Assembly (NCBI RefSeq): GCF_902713615.1 | Contig: NC_052172.1 | Span: forward strand, 248,001-312,000 | DNA length: 64,000 bases | Reading direction: 5' to 3' | DNA from: Scyliorhinus canicula | Lineage: Eukaryota | Shown: one piece after another, positions 25,623 to 39,061 of the stretch | Layout: each line of letters opens with the position of its first letter | Position numbering within the stretch: position 1 is the stretch's first letter | Translations under genes and position numbers: made by a program | Notes under the pieces: model-generated | What the model was told of the DNA's origin: nothing | The model's input: the letters and a program-made list of their open reading frames with translations, nothing else | Databases searched by the model: none

Positions 25623-27690
25623 TTTACACAGTGTCCTGCTTTACACACTGCCCTGCTTTACACACTCCCCCGCTTTACACACTGCCCTGCTTTACACACT
25701 GCTCAGCTTTACACACTGCCCTGCTTTACACACTGCCCTGCGTAACACACTGCCCTGCTTACACACTGCCCTGCTTTACACACTGCCCTGCTTTACACAC
25801 TGCCCTGCTTTACACACTGCCCTGCTTTACACACTGCCCTGCTTTACACACTCCCCCACTTTACACACTGCCCCGCTTTACAAACTCCCCTGCTTTACAC
25901 ACTGCCCTGCTTTACACACACCCCTGCTTTACAGGCTGCCCTGCTTTACACGCTCCCCTGCTTTACACGCTCCTCTGCTTTACACACTGCTCAGCTTTAC
26001 ACACTGCCCTGCTTTACACACTGCCCTGCTTTACACACTGCCCTGCTTTACACACTGCCCTGCTTTACACACTGCCCTGCTTTACACACTGCCCTGCTTT
26101 ACACACTGCCCTGCTTTACACACTGCCCTGCTTTACACACTGCCCTGCTTTACACACTCCCCCACTTTACACACTGCCCCGCTTTACAAACTCCCCTGCT
26201 TTACACACTGCCCTGCTTTACACACACCCCTGCTTTACAGGCTGCCCTGCTTTACACGCTCCCCTGCTTTACACGCTCCTCTGCTTTACACGCTCCCCTG
26301 CTTTACACACTGCCCTGCTTTACACACTGCTCAGCTTTACACACTGCCCTGTTTTACACACTGCCCTGCTTTACACACTCCCCTGCTTTACACACTCCCC
26401 TGCTTTACACACTGCCTTGCTTTACACACTCCCCTGCTTTACACACTGCCCTGCTTGACGCACTGCCCTGCTTTACACACTCCCCTGCGTTACACACTGC
26501 CCTGCTTGACGCACTGCCCTGCTTTACACACCTCCCTGCTTTACACGCCGCCCTGCTTTACACACCGCCCTGCTATACACACCGCCCCGCGTTACACACC
26601 GCCCCGCGTTACACACCCCCCCGCGTTACACACCCCCCCGCGTTACACACCCCCCCCGCGTTACACCCCCCCCCCGCGTTACACCCCCCCCCGCGTTACA
26701 CACCCCCCGCGTTACACACCCCCCCGCGTTACACACTCCCCTGCTTTATGCACTTTCCTGCTTTACACACTGTCCCACTTTACACACTGTCCCGCTAAAC
26801 ACACTGCCCTGCTTTACACACTGCCCTGCTTTACACACTGCCCTGCTTTACACACTGCCCTGCTTTACACACACCCCTGCTTTACACACTCCCCCGCTTG
26901 ACACACTGCCCTGCTTTACACACTGCCCTGCTTTACACACTGCCCTGCTTTACACACACCCCTGCTTTACACACTGCCCTGCTTTACACACTTTCCTGCT
27001 TTACACACTGCCCCGCTTTACACACTGCCCTGCTTTACACACTGTCCCGCTAAACACGCTCCCCTGCTTTACACACTCCCCTGCTTTACACGCTCCCCTG
27101 CTTTACACGCCCCCTGCTTTACACACTCCCCTGCTTTACACACTCCCCTGCTTTACACACTCCCCTGCTTTACACACTCCCCTGCTTTACACACTCCCCT
27201 GCTTTACACACTCCCCTGCTTTACACACTCCCCTGCTTTACACACTCCCCTGCTTTACACACTCCCCTGCTTTACACACACCCCTGCTTTGCACACTGCC
27301 CTGCTTTACACACACCCCTGCTTTACACACTGCCCTGCTTTACACACTTTCCTGCTTTACACACTGCCCCGCTTTACACACTGCCCTGCTTTACACACTG
27401 TCCCGCTAAACACGCTCCCCTGCTTTACACACTCCCCTGCTTTACACACTCCCCTGCTTTACACACTCCCCTGCTTTACACACTCCCCTGCTTTACACAC
27501 CGCCCTGCTTTACACACCGCCCTGCTTTACACACTCCCCTGCTTTACGTACTCCCCTGCTTTACACACTCCCCTGCTTTACACACTGCCCGGCTTTACTC
27601 ACTGCCCTGCTTGAACCACTTCCTATCATTTCGAAGCTCCACTAGTTTACACACTTTCTTGTTGTGCGCACCCCTCTATTTTTACACACT
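25623..27690. repeat. 17-bp minisatellite (tttacacactgccctgc)n, ~2 kb
   Basis: Direct reading; roughly 120 units with variant blocks. Confidence 0.97.
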
Positions 27691-27941
27691 TCTTCGTAAA
27701 AAATCTTTTTTCCGGCATTTTTGAAACTAGATACATTGCCGTTTGTTTTCATTTATTGTACTGAACACAAAGGCTTCTTCTCAGGTTTCTCTAATAACGG
27801 TCTGTCGCCGTCTGCTCAGCAAACAATCCTCACTATTCCCCCCCCCCCCACCCAACTCCCCTCTCCCTGACCCCATCCCCCCACCCAGCTCCCCTCTCCC
27901 TCACCCCCCCCCCCCCCCCCGCTCAGCACCCCTCTGCCTGA

Positions 27942-27974
<33 letters not shown>

Positions 27975-29198
27975 ACCCAACTCTCCTCTCCCTGAACACC
28001 TCCACCCACCCAACTCCCACACAAGCTCTGGGAAATATACCCGGACGGGATGGGTCTTTCCTCCCCTCTCTTCTTTCCTTTTCACTGACCATCTAACTGG
28101 GTTATTGCTCGTTCCCCTTCCCGTTTGTCTTAGTGTGCCCTCACTGTGCTGTGGTTGCTGCCACTGTTGTCTCCCCCTGTGCTCCCACCCCCGTTATTGT
28201 TTCCTTATCCGTTCCCCGTTCTGGCTCCCCTTTTTTCATCCTCCCCCTTGCTGCCCCCCCTTCTTCACTGCTGCCCCCATTCTTTCTTGCTGTGTTTTGT
28301 GACATCACCTTGCTCCCCCCCAACCCCCAGGTCCTCCCTCGCTTTCCTCTGTCTGTTTCGTCCTGGCTAATTCTCCCTGGCTATTCGCTATTTATTCATG
28401 TATTGGCCACAAACAGGTCTCGGAATAGTTGGGTGAATGGCTCCCATGTTTTGTGGAAGCTCTCTCCCGACCCACAGATGGTGGATTTGATTTTCCCCAT
28501 TTGGAGAAATTCCGAAAGCCAGTCTGCAGCTTTAGGTGGTGATGCTGATCGCCAGCCGAGCAGGATTCTACGGCGGGTGATCAGGGAGGCACGGGCATCC
28601 GCCCTCCTCCCCAGGAAGAAATCTGGCTGGTCTGATACCCCGAAGACCGCCAGTTTCGGGCATGGCTCTACCCTCATCCCCACCAGCTTGGACATTGCCT
28701 CGAAGAAGGCTGTTCAGTACCCACCAAGTCTGGGGCAAGACTAGATCATGTGGGCATGGTTGGCTGGGCCTCCTTGGCACCGTTCTCATCTATCCTCCAC
28801 CTCTGGGAAGAATCTGCTCATTCGGGTTCTGGTCAACTGGGCCCTATGTACCACTTTTAGCTGCGTTAGGTTGAGCCTCGGGCATGTGGAGGGAGAGTTG
28901 ACCCTGTGCAGTGCTCCGCTCCAGAATCCCTAGTCTATTTCTAACCCAAGCCTGCCTCCCATTTCCTCCTTGTCGTGTCCAGTTCGATGTCGGTCCTCTC
29001 TAGCTGTTGTTTGTACATGTCTCTACAGTTCCTTCTGCCTAGGATGTCTGCGTCCAGTAGCTCTTCTAATAGTGTCTGTCGTGGTGGTCGCGGATATGCC
29101 CTTGTCTCCTTCCGGAGGAAGGTTTTAAGCTGCAGGTATCTGGGGTTGTTGCCTTTAGCTAGTTGGAATCTCTGCATCAGTTCTTCCAGTGATGTGAC

Positions 29199-30190
29199 CC
29201 TACCGTCAGTGTATAGGTCCCTGACTGTCAGTGTCCTCCCCATCCTGTCTCCACCTACCGTCAGTGTATAGGTCCCTGACTGTCAATGTCCCCCCATCCT
29301 GTCTCCACCTACCGTCAGTGTATAGGTCCCTGACTGTCAATGTCCTCCCCATCCTGTCTCCACCTACCGTCAGTGTATAGGTCCCTGACTGTCAATGTCC
29401 TCCCCATCCTGTCTCCACCTACCGTCAGTGTATAGGTCCCTGACTGTCAATGTCCTCCCCATCCTGTCTCCACCTACCATCAGTGTATAGGTCCCTGACT
29501 GTCAATGTCCTCCCCATCCTGTCTCCACCTACCGTCAGTGTATAGTTCCCTGACTGTCAATGTCCTCCCCATCCTGTCTCCACCTACCATCAGTGTATAG
29601 GTCCCTGACTGTCAGTGTCCCCCCCATCCTGTCTCCACCTACCATCATTGTATAGGTCCCTGACTGTCAATGTCCTCCCCACCTTGTCTCCACCTACCGT
29701 CAGTGTATAGGTCCCTGACTGTCAATGTCCTCCCCATCCTGTCTCCACCTACCGTCAGTGTATAGGTCCCTGACTGTCAATGTCCTCCCCATCCTGTCTC
29801 CCCCTACCGTCAGTGTATAGGTCCCTGACTGTCAGTGTCCTCCCCATCCTGTCTCCACCTACCGTCAGTGTATAGGTCCCTGACTGTCAGTGTCCTCCCC
29901 ATCCTGTCTCCACCTACCGTCAGTGTATAGGTCCCTGACTGTCAATGTCCCCCCCATCCTGTCTCCACCTACCGTCAGTGTATAGGTCCCTGACTGTCAA
30001 TGTCCTCCCCATCCTGTCTCCACCTACCGTCAGTGTATAGGTCCCTGACTGTCAATGTCCTCCCCATCCTGTCTCCACCTACCATCAGTGTATAGGTCCC
30101 TGACTGTCAGTGTCCTCCCCATCCTGTCTCCACCTACCGTCAGTGTATAGGTCCCTGACTGTCAATGTCCTCCCCATCCTGTCTCCACCT
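29199..30190. repeat. 55-bp tandem array (~18 copies) derived from L1 ORF2
   Basis: Unit taccgtcagtgtataggtccctgactgtcaatgtcctccccatcctgtctccacc; L1 reading frame continues on both sides. Confidence 0.95.
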
Positions 30191-32059
30191 TTTGAAGGTG
30201 GCGTCGGTGAGTGCTGGTGTGAACCTGTGGTTATTCCACATGGGGGCTTTGTCAGATATTTTGGTCAGCCCGAATTGCTGCCGCAGTTGGTTCCACGTCT
30301 GGAGGGTGGCTATCACCACTGGGCTGCTGGAGTGTTTCTTGGGCGGGGATGGGAGAGCCGCCGTGGCGAGGGCCCGGAGGGAGGTCCCCTTGAGGGGGTC
30401 TACTCTGCGCACATCCACTCGGCTTCTGTCCCCTTTGTCCATCCCATTTCTCTTTCCGCTATCGCTGCCCAGTGTTAGAATTGAAGGTTTGGGCGGGCTA
30501 GCACTCCCCTGGATTTTGGATTCTGTACGACCTTCTTTGTGATCCTAGCATTCTTTCCCCCCATACAAACGCCATGTTTAACTTGTCCAGTGAGTTAAAA
30601 AAGGCCTTGGGGATATAGATCGGGATGGATCTAAATCGGAAGACGTATCTGGGCAGTACGTTCATTTTGATCTTCGGTACTCTCCTCATCATGGTGAGTG
30701 GGAATGTGTTTCATCTCTGTAGGTCCTTTTTGAATTCCTCTGCCAGACTTGTCATGTTCCATTTGTGGATCCCCGCCCAGTGATGAGCGATTTGGATCCC
30801 CAGGTAGTGGAATTTGTGTTGGGCTTGTTTTAGCGGCAGTCCCACCAGTGCTGCCCCTCCCCCTTGCCGGTTCACCGGGAAAATCTCACTTTTGCTCATA
30901 TTGAGTTTGTCGGCCGAGACGGCACCAATCTCTTTCAGGATGCGATGTTTCCTTCCACGCTGCTTTGTGGGTCCGAGATGCAGAGGAGCAGGTCATCTGC
31001 ATAGAGCGAGACTCCATGCTCTCTGCCTCCTATTTGGAGCCCCCTCCAGTTCTTTGATGTTTTGAGTGCGACCTGTAATGGTTCGATCGTTGGAGCGAAC
31101 AGCAGCAGTGACAGCGGGCATCCCTGCCTGGTGCCCTTGTGCAGCTGTAAGTACTGGGAGCTGGTGTTGTTTCTCCATACGCTCGCCATGGGAGTGTTGT
31201 ACAGGAGCTTCACCCAGGAGGTGAACCCTGGTCCGAACACGAAACGCTCCTGTACCTCTATAAGGTACTTCCACTTGACTCTTTCAAAGGCCTTTTCTGC
31301 GTCCAGGGAAACTATTATCTTAGGTGCTCTGTCCCCGGATGGGGTCATGATCACCTTCAGCAGGAGCCTGATGTTCAATGTCAGCTGTCTACCTTTGACA
31401 AAGCCCGTTTGATCCTCTACGACCACCTCTGGTACGCAGTCTTCTCGTCTTTTGGCCAGGATCTTGGCCAATATTTTGATGCCTTTGTTTGGTAGCGAGA
31501 TGGGTCAGTATAAACCGTATTCAGTCGGGTCTTTCTTCGGTGTTAGCGAGATTGAGGCTTGTGCTAGCATAGGTGGCAGTCTGCCCCTTGCCAGCGAGTC
31601 TGTGAATATCTCCCGCAGGTGTGGGGCCAGTGCTGTTGCAAATGTTTTGTAGAAGTCCGCCAGGAACCCGTCTGGTCCGGCTGCCTTCCCCGCCTGCATG
31701 GAGCTTATACTCTCCATGTCCTCTCCCAGTTCTAGCGGTGCTCCCAGGCCCCATTTTCTCTCCTACCCCACGACTGGCATGTCTAGTCTATCAAGGAACG
31801 GTTTCATCCCCGAGCCCCCTGTTGGGGGATCTGAGGTGTACAGTCCCCAGTCAAAGTCCTCGAAGGTCCTGTTAACCTTGTTTGGGTCTGTTTCTAATGT
31901 GCCTCTGTTGTCCCTAATTTGCGTGATCAGTCTGGTGGCTGCCTGCTTTCTCAGCTGGTGTGCCAATAGGCGGCTGGCTTTGTCCCCGTGTTTGTGTAGG
32001 GTTCCCCATGCCTGGTGGAGTTGGTTCACTGCTTTCCTCGTGGAGAGCAGATCAAAAGT

Positions 32060-33887
32060 TCTTAAAATTATATAAAACTAAAAAGAGTGGCTAAAGTAAA
32101 CATTGGTCCATTAGAGGATGAGAGTGGTCAGTTAGTTATGGGATATGATGAAATGGCGGAGGCATTGAACAAATATTTTGTATCGGTCTTCACAGTGGAG
32201 GACACTAATAACATGCCAACAATTGACCGAGAGAAGAAGGTAGGTGAGGACCTGGAAACCATTACTATCACGAAAGAGCAAGTGTTGGGCAAGCTAATGG
32301 AGCTCAGGATAGATAAGTCTCCTGGCCCTGATGGAATGCATTACAGGGTACTGAAAGGGATGCCTGGAGTAATAGCAGATGCACTGGTGGTAATTTTCCA
32401 AAATTCGCTGAACACTGGGGCAGTCCCAGAGGATTGGAAAACAGCAAATGTGACGCCACTGTTTAAAAAGGGAAGTAGACATAAGATGGGGAATTATAGA
32501 CCGGTTAGCTTAACCTGTCGTGGGGAAGATGCTTGAGTCTATTATCAAGAAAGAGATAGGAGGGCACCTCGATAGAAATTGTCCCATTGAATGGACGCAG
32601 CATGGATTCATGAAGTGCACGTCATGCTTGACGAATCTCTTGGAATTCTATGAAGACATTTCAAGCAAGGTAGACAAAGGGGACCCAGTGGATGTGGTGT
32701 ACCTAGATTTCCAAAAGGCCTTTGACAAGGTACCGCACAAGAGGCTGCTGCATAAGATAAGGATGCATGGTGTTAAGGGTAGAGTACAAGTATGGATAGA
32801 GGATTGGTTGACTAACAGGAATCAAAGAGTGGGAATAAATGAGTGCTATTCTGGCTGGCAATCAGTGACGAGTGGTGTGCCTCAGGGATCGGTTTTGGGA
32901 CCACAATTATTTACAATTTATATAGACGATTTGGAGTTGGGAACTACGTGTAAGGTATCCAAGTTTGCAGATGACACAAAGGTGTGTGGCAGAGCAAAGT
33001 GTACTGAGGACTGTAAAATCTTACAGAGGAACATTGACACATTGAGTGAGTGGGCAAAGGTCTGGCAGATGGAGTATAATGTCAATAAGTGTGAAGTCGT
33101 GCATTTTGGTAGGAGTAACAATAGAACGGATTATTACTTAAATGGTAAAAAGCTGCAGCATGCTGCTATGCAGAGGGACCTGGGTGTACTTGTGCATGAG
33201 TCACAGAAGGTTGGTCTGCAGGTGCAACAAGTAATTAGGAAGGCAAATGGAATTTTGTCCTTCATTGCGAAGGGGATTGAGTTTAAAAGCAGAGAGGTAA
33301 TGTTGCAGTTGTACAAGGTGCTGGTGAAGCCACACCTGGAGTATTGGGTGCAGTTTTGGTCTCCACACTGGAGACTGGATGTGCTAGCACTAGAGGGGGT
33401 GCAGAGGAGGTTCACTAGGCTGATTCCGGAGTTGAGGGGGTTGTCGTATGAGGAGAGGCTGAGTAGATTGGGATTATATTCACTGGAATTCAGAAGGTTG
33501 AGGGGGGATCTAATAGAAACATATAAAATTTTGAAGTGAATGGATAAGATAGAAGTAGAAAGGATGTTTCCACTGGTAGGTGAAAGTAGGACAAGAGGGC
33601 ATAGCCTCAAGATTAGGGGGAACAGATTTAGGACTGAATCAAGGAGGAACTTCTTCACTCAGAGGGTGGTTAAAGTATGGAATTCCCTACCGAAGGGAGT
33701 AGTAGACGCTACTTCATTGAATATATTTAAAGATAGGGTAGATGTTTTTTTGAAAAATAAAGGAATTACGGGATATGGCGAGAATGCGGGTAAGTGGTTC
33801 TGAGACCACGAATAGATCAGCCATGATCTTATAGAATGGCGGAGCAGGCTCGAAGGGCCGGACGGTCTACTTCTGCTCCTAGTTCTT
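32060..33887 (+). mobile_element. 5'-truncated CR1 LINE (second family) inside L1
   Basis: RT ORFs 32087-33539 (YLDFQKAFDKVPH, FADDTK); TSD aaagt at 32055-32059 and 33888-33892. Confidence 0.93.
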
Positions 33888-33989
33888 AAAGTCCATTTGT
33901 AGCTTTTTCCTTTCCGCCAAGAGCTCTGCTGTTGGGACCAGCTGCTGCCGAGCCTCTCTCTCCTATCCCTTCGCAATAATGTCCCCTCT

Positions 33990-34224
33990 TTTTTAAATTT
34001 AGAGTACCCAATCCATTTTTTAATTTTCTTTTTTCAATTAAGGGGCAATTTAGCGTGGGCAATCCACCTGGCTTCCACATCTTTGGGTTGTGAGGGCGAA
34101 ACCCACGCAAACACGGGGAGAATGTGCAAACTCCACACAGACAGTGACCCAGAGCCGAGATCAAACCTGGGACCTCGGCGTAAGTGAGGCTGCAGTGCTA
34201 ACCCACTGTGCCACCATTCTGCCC
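33990..34224 (-). mobile_element. V-SINE with A-rich tail
   Basis: HE1-like head and core but an A-rich end; imperfect 12-bp TSD aatgtcccctct/attttcccctct. Confidence 0.85.
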
Positions 34225-36929
34225 ATTTTCCCCTCTAATCATGGCCTTTAGCGCCTCACAGAACGTGGAGGATGAAACCTCCACCATCTTGTTTGTCGTC
34301 TACTCCGCTATGGCCTGCGATACCCTCTCGCTGAAGTCCTTGTAGGGCAGTGTCCAACCTCCATGTGGGGCGTTGGGTGCTGCCTGTCTCTAACATCACA
34401 TCCATATAATGTGGAACGTGGTCGGAGATTCCGCTTGTGGAGTACTCCGCCTTGACCAGCCCTGGGAGCACCCATTTTGTGACCACAAAGAAGTCAATCC
34501 TTGCGTATACGTTGTGGACTGAGAGAAGAAGGAGAACTCCTTCTGCCCTGGGCGGGTGATCCTCCATGGATCCACTGTCCCCATCTGCCCCATGAAGCGA
34601 CCGGGTTCTTTCTCCATGGAGAAGGTCTTCCACGTTCTGCGGTTTGACCTGCCTGTCGCTCCTGTACACAGTTGAAGTCCCCCCACCCCCCCACCATGAT
34701 CAGTCGGTGCGTCGCTATGTAGGGTATTTCCACCATGGTTTTTTTAATAAATTTTGCGTTGTCCCAGTTGGGAGCTTCCACGTTGACAGTACTACCGCTG
34801 CGCCATCCAGCCATGACGGACCATCCCCCTGAGTCCGTTACCATCTTCGTCTGCTTAAACATCATCCTGTTCTTCAACAGAATCACTACCCCCTGGCACT
34901 CATCCCATAGCAGGAACGGTAAGTCTGTCTCACCCAGCCCTTCCTTACCTGCTGCCTGTGCTGGTCTCTCGGGTGTCTCTCTTGGAGGATAACTATGTCG
35001 GCCCTCATGCTTCTTCGGTGGATGAAGACTCTGGATCTTTTCACTGGGCCGTTATGTCCCTGACATTCCGGGTGACTGGTGGGGAATTTTGTCCCCCTGC
35101 TCCTGTGGGATTAACCATACTTACCTGGTAGATGCGCCCCTGCACTCCGGGGTTTCCCTTTGTCCAGGGGGCACCAAGCACGGCTGCCAACAGTGCGTCT
35201 GCCACATAGTTAGGCCCCTGTACTCCAGGGTCTCCCTTCGCCCAGAGACCGTACTGGGTGGTTGTCTGCAGAGCTTCTTTGTTCTGGGCCCCTGCCTGTG
35301 GCCCTATGTAGCCATATTATCCGTTTTTCTCCATTCCTGTCCCTTTCCCCATCACCCCCCCTTCCCGTCCCCACTCTCCCATCCCCTTTCCCTTCCCCTC
35401 CCCCTCTGTCCCCCTTCCCCCAGCTCTTTTCCTCCTTTACTTCTCCGTCCCCGCTGCTTGTTCCCACTCCCCCTGCCAGGCACTGCCCCCCCCCCCCCCC
35501 CCCCCCCATTGGAAGACAGCCGCGGCCTCTATCTGCTGCATGTTCCCGGTGTTAGCTCTCCCGCTAGTGTGGTGACCCTCCTCCCGGGAGTTACTGTCCC
35601 GCTGTCCTCCCACCCAATCTCTGTGGTTTCTGTATGTTCTTTCCACATCATGCCCGATACTTGGTCCTCCGCCTTTTGCCCTTGTCTGTACGTATGTGGC
35701 CACCATCTTCCATCTCCAGCGGTCACTCGGATGGCAGCTCATAGTTCATCAAGCCGGGTTGTGTTGTGGGGGGTGGAGGGGGGATGAGGTTCTTTTCTCA
35801 CCCCCCTCCCCGCCACTTGGTTTGTGATCGCACTGCCAGTCTTCGCCTGGACCCCTCCCGCCTCTCCTGTGATCACGGCCCCAGCCCGCAGTCTGTAACA
35901 AATGTATCTGCTTCAGCTGGGGCCATAAAAAAATGTTTTTTGCCCTGGTATGTGACCCAGGCCTAGCTGGATATAACATTCTTAAGTGTTCGCCGCTTTC
36001 GTACAGCGCTGCTTTCGCCCTGTTAAATCCAGCTCTGCACATGGCCAGGTCAGCCCCAATGTCCTGATAAATTCGGAGTCTGTGTCCTTCCCAATTGCAG
36101 TTCCTGGACTGCCTGGCCCAGAGCAGGATTCTTTCCCAGTGCTGGTATTGCTGTACTTTGGCTTTGATGGCATTTGGTTATTCCCCAGCCTTGGGATTCG
36201 GTCGCAGCGACTGGTGATCCCTGTCTATTTCTGGTGGGTTTGGGAAGATCACCCTTCCCACCACGTTGCCCAGCATTTGAGCCATGTAGTCCGTGGGCAC
36301 TTTGCCTTCGGTTCCTTCTGGTAGGCCCACGATTCACAGGTTCTGCCTCCATGACCGATTTTCCTGGTCCTTGACCTTTCCACTCAGGTTACCCTGCGCT
36401 GCGACCAGTCTCTCCACCTCCTTTTCCAGAGCCACCCTCGGTGGGTTTGGTCGGTTGCGGCTCTCTCAAGGCCTTTGATGGTGGCTTCCTGAGCCTCCAG
36501 TTTCTTTTCGGCCCTGCTCAGAGCTATCTGTATTTGCAGCAGAGTTTCAGCAAATGCCTCTTTCATCGCGGCCTGTATGTCAGTTTGAATTTCTTGATGA
36601 TGCTCTTTCAGTGCCTCTGAGAGGGATGCCTCCGTCCAGTTCCCTTCCAGTGAGGGAGGGTTTTGTACTTGGCTGTTCCGCCTTTTTTGCTCCGGCGAGA
36701 CTTGTGCTCCGCTGCCTCGTGCGCTGGTCCCCAATCCGATTGCCTCCGCTCCAGACCCCTTCCACGTCTGGTCCCCATGCAGCTTCTGGCCTGGCCTTTT
36801 CCCATCATTTTATTTCTCCTTCTTTTGTCTCCCGTCTTCTTCACATTTGGGGAACAGATCAGTGGTAGGTTTGGCAAGTTTTTATTGAAAAAAGGGTGAT
36901 TGTTTCACAGTGCTGTGGGAGGAGAGCGA

Positions 36930-37597
36930 GAAAAAGAGAAAACAAAAGGGGAGAGAGAGAAAAAATGGAAGAAAAGAAAGAAAAAAGGAGAGAGTTCCCT
37001 AAGAAACAAACAAAAAGGAGAAGAGAACTGAGAAAACAAAATCCCCGATGAAGAAAACTGAGATCTGTTCCAAACGGGCTGACAAGCCCGAAGTGCCGGT
37101 ACCTGCGCGGGAGGCCACCCACGATGCAGTGGGCAATCACTCCAGCCCCGCAGAGAGAGAAAAGGGAAAATAAACCCCCGAGAAATGGAAACATAAGCCA
37201 ACGAGACAAGCAACAAAGAAAACGGAGGAAGACAAAAAGGAGGGACCATGTGGAGAGAGATCCCATGAGAGAGAGAGAGAGAAATAAAGACCCACGGGAG
37301 GAGACAACAAGAGAGGAAAAAAAACACCTCCAAAAAGACGGAGTTCTCCTTTGATCAGCCCGAACTGCCGGCACCAGTGGAGGAGCCGCCCACTATGCTG
37401 GCACTGTGTCTTCACTTACAATTCTTTAGTCGCTCACACAATAGTTCTTTCTTTTATTCCCCTGTACTCTGGAAAGTGCCTCCTTATGCCAAGTTCGAAA
37501 CTTTCCAAAATATTTCAATTGTTGCACGTAAAGGTATTTTTGATTGTAGTGGAGAGCCTCCACGTGCGTGCTACCCCCTCTGAGCACAGCCCCCCCT
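36930..37597 (-). mobile_element. Possible 5' portion of another L1-like element
   Basis: Strongly skewed purine/pyrimidine segment between the L1 5' end and the minisatellite; no diagnostic ORF. Confidence 0.3.
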
Positions 37598-38419
37598 GTG
37601 TTTAGACACTTAACTCATTTTACAAATTCCCTCATTTCACACATTCACAGGTTTACACACTCCCCTTGTTTTGCACACCCTCCTTGTTTTACACAGTCCT
37701 ATAAGTTACACATTATCCTGGTTAACACATCCATCTGCTTAATACACTCCCCTGTTCCACACACGACCCTGGTTTACACACTTCCAATAGTTTGCACACT
37801 TCCCAGGTTTACCCACTCTTCTGTTATGCTTGGCTTTACACACTCCCCTGGTTTTACACTCTCCAAGTTTACACATTCTCCGCTTTTCACACTCACCTGT
37901 TGTCCACACTCTCCTGCTTTTAAGCACTGATAAAAACATGTGATTGTGCAAAATCAGTGGAGTGTGTAAAGCATTGGAGTGTGCAAACCCAGTGATTGTG
38001 CAATACAGATGTCTATGAAACTGGAAGGTGTAAAGCCAGGGGTGGGTGAAAACTAAAGGTAAAGTCTGTTTAAGTATGGATTGTGTAAAAGCAGGGAATT
38101 GCTCAATATGGGTGTCTATAAATCAGTGAAATGTATAAGACCAGGACAGTATGTAAAATTAGTGTGTGTGTAAAGCAGGAGGGTGTGTAAAACCAGGGGG
38201 TGGGTAAAGCCAGTCGAGTGTGCACAATAAACAAGTGTGTAAACTTGGAGAGTGTGGTACCCGGGTGGGTGTAAATTTGCAGCGTGTATAAAACCAGGAG
38301 ACAGTGTAAATCCTGGGAGAACAGAGGACTGTGTAAACCTGGGGAGTGTGGTAGCAAGGGATGTCTGAACTAACAATCTGTGTAAAACCAGGGGAGACTG
38401 TAAAGCCTGGTACAACAGA
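37598..38419. repeat. Degenerate 17-bp minisatellite with orientation switch at ~37940
   Basis: tttacacactcccc units to ~37925, gtgtgtaaa/ccagggg units afterwards. Confidence 0.8.
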
Positions 38420-38497
38420 GAAGAGAAGAAGAGAAATACAGCACAGAACAGGCCGTTCGGCCCACGATGTTGCGCCGAACTTTTGTCCTCGGTTAAT

Positions 38498-38705
38498 CAT
38501 AGAATTTTGGACAATTTTTCATGGCCAATCCACCCAACCTGCACATCTTTGGACTGTGGGAGAAAACCGGAGCACCCGGAAGAAACCCACGCAGTCACGG
38601 GGAGGATGTGCAGACTCCACACAGACAGTGACCCAAGTCGAAATCGAACTTGGGACCCTGGAGCTGTGAAGCAATTGTGCTATCCACAATGCTACCGTGC
38701 TGCCC
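38498..38705 (-). mobile_element. Internally deleted HE1 SINE in LINE 3'UTR
   Basis: Same position and diagnostic bases as 631-983. Confidence 0.85.
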
Positions 38706-39061
38706 TTAAGAAGTTAACCTACACCCCATTATTCTACCCTAATCCATGTACCTATCCAATAGCCGCTTGAAGGTCCCTAACATTTCCGTCTCAACTACTT
38801 CCACAGGCAGTGCATTCCATGCCCCCACTACTCTCTGGGTAAATAACCTACATCTGACATCCCCTCTATATCTTCCACCATTCACCTTAAATTTATGTCC
38901 CCTTGTAATGGTGTGTTCCACCCGGGGAAAAAGTCTCTGACTGTCTACTCTATCTATTCCCCTAATCATCTTATAAACCTCTATCAAGCCGCCCCTCATC
39001 CTTCTCCGTTCTAATGAGAAAAGACCTAGCACCCTCAACCTTTCGTCGTATGACCTACTCT

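Larger units (their letters stand above)
27700..36930 (-). mobile_element. L1-clade LINE, near full length, decayed
   Basis: ORF1 remnants ~35960-36840 (IVGLPEGTEG); ORF2 EN from ~35080 (RIDFFVV, SDH), RT SLDAEKAF..GTRQGCPLS..YADD (30935-31471), C-terminus to 28396; G-rich 3'UTR. Confidence 0.9.

Noticed and set aside
25451-27645. 335-446-aa His/Thr/Cys-rich ORFs
   Set aside because: Translation of the 17-bp minisatellite, open in several frames.
29199-30190. CRISPR-like appearance of this array and of 44432-45303
   Set aside because: Head-to-tail repeats with no unique spacers, no cas genes, vertebrate DNA.
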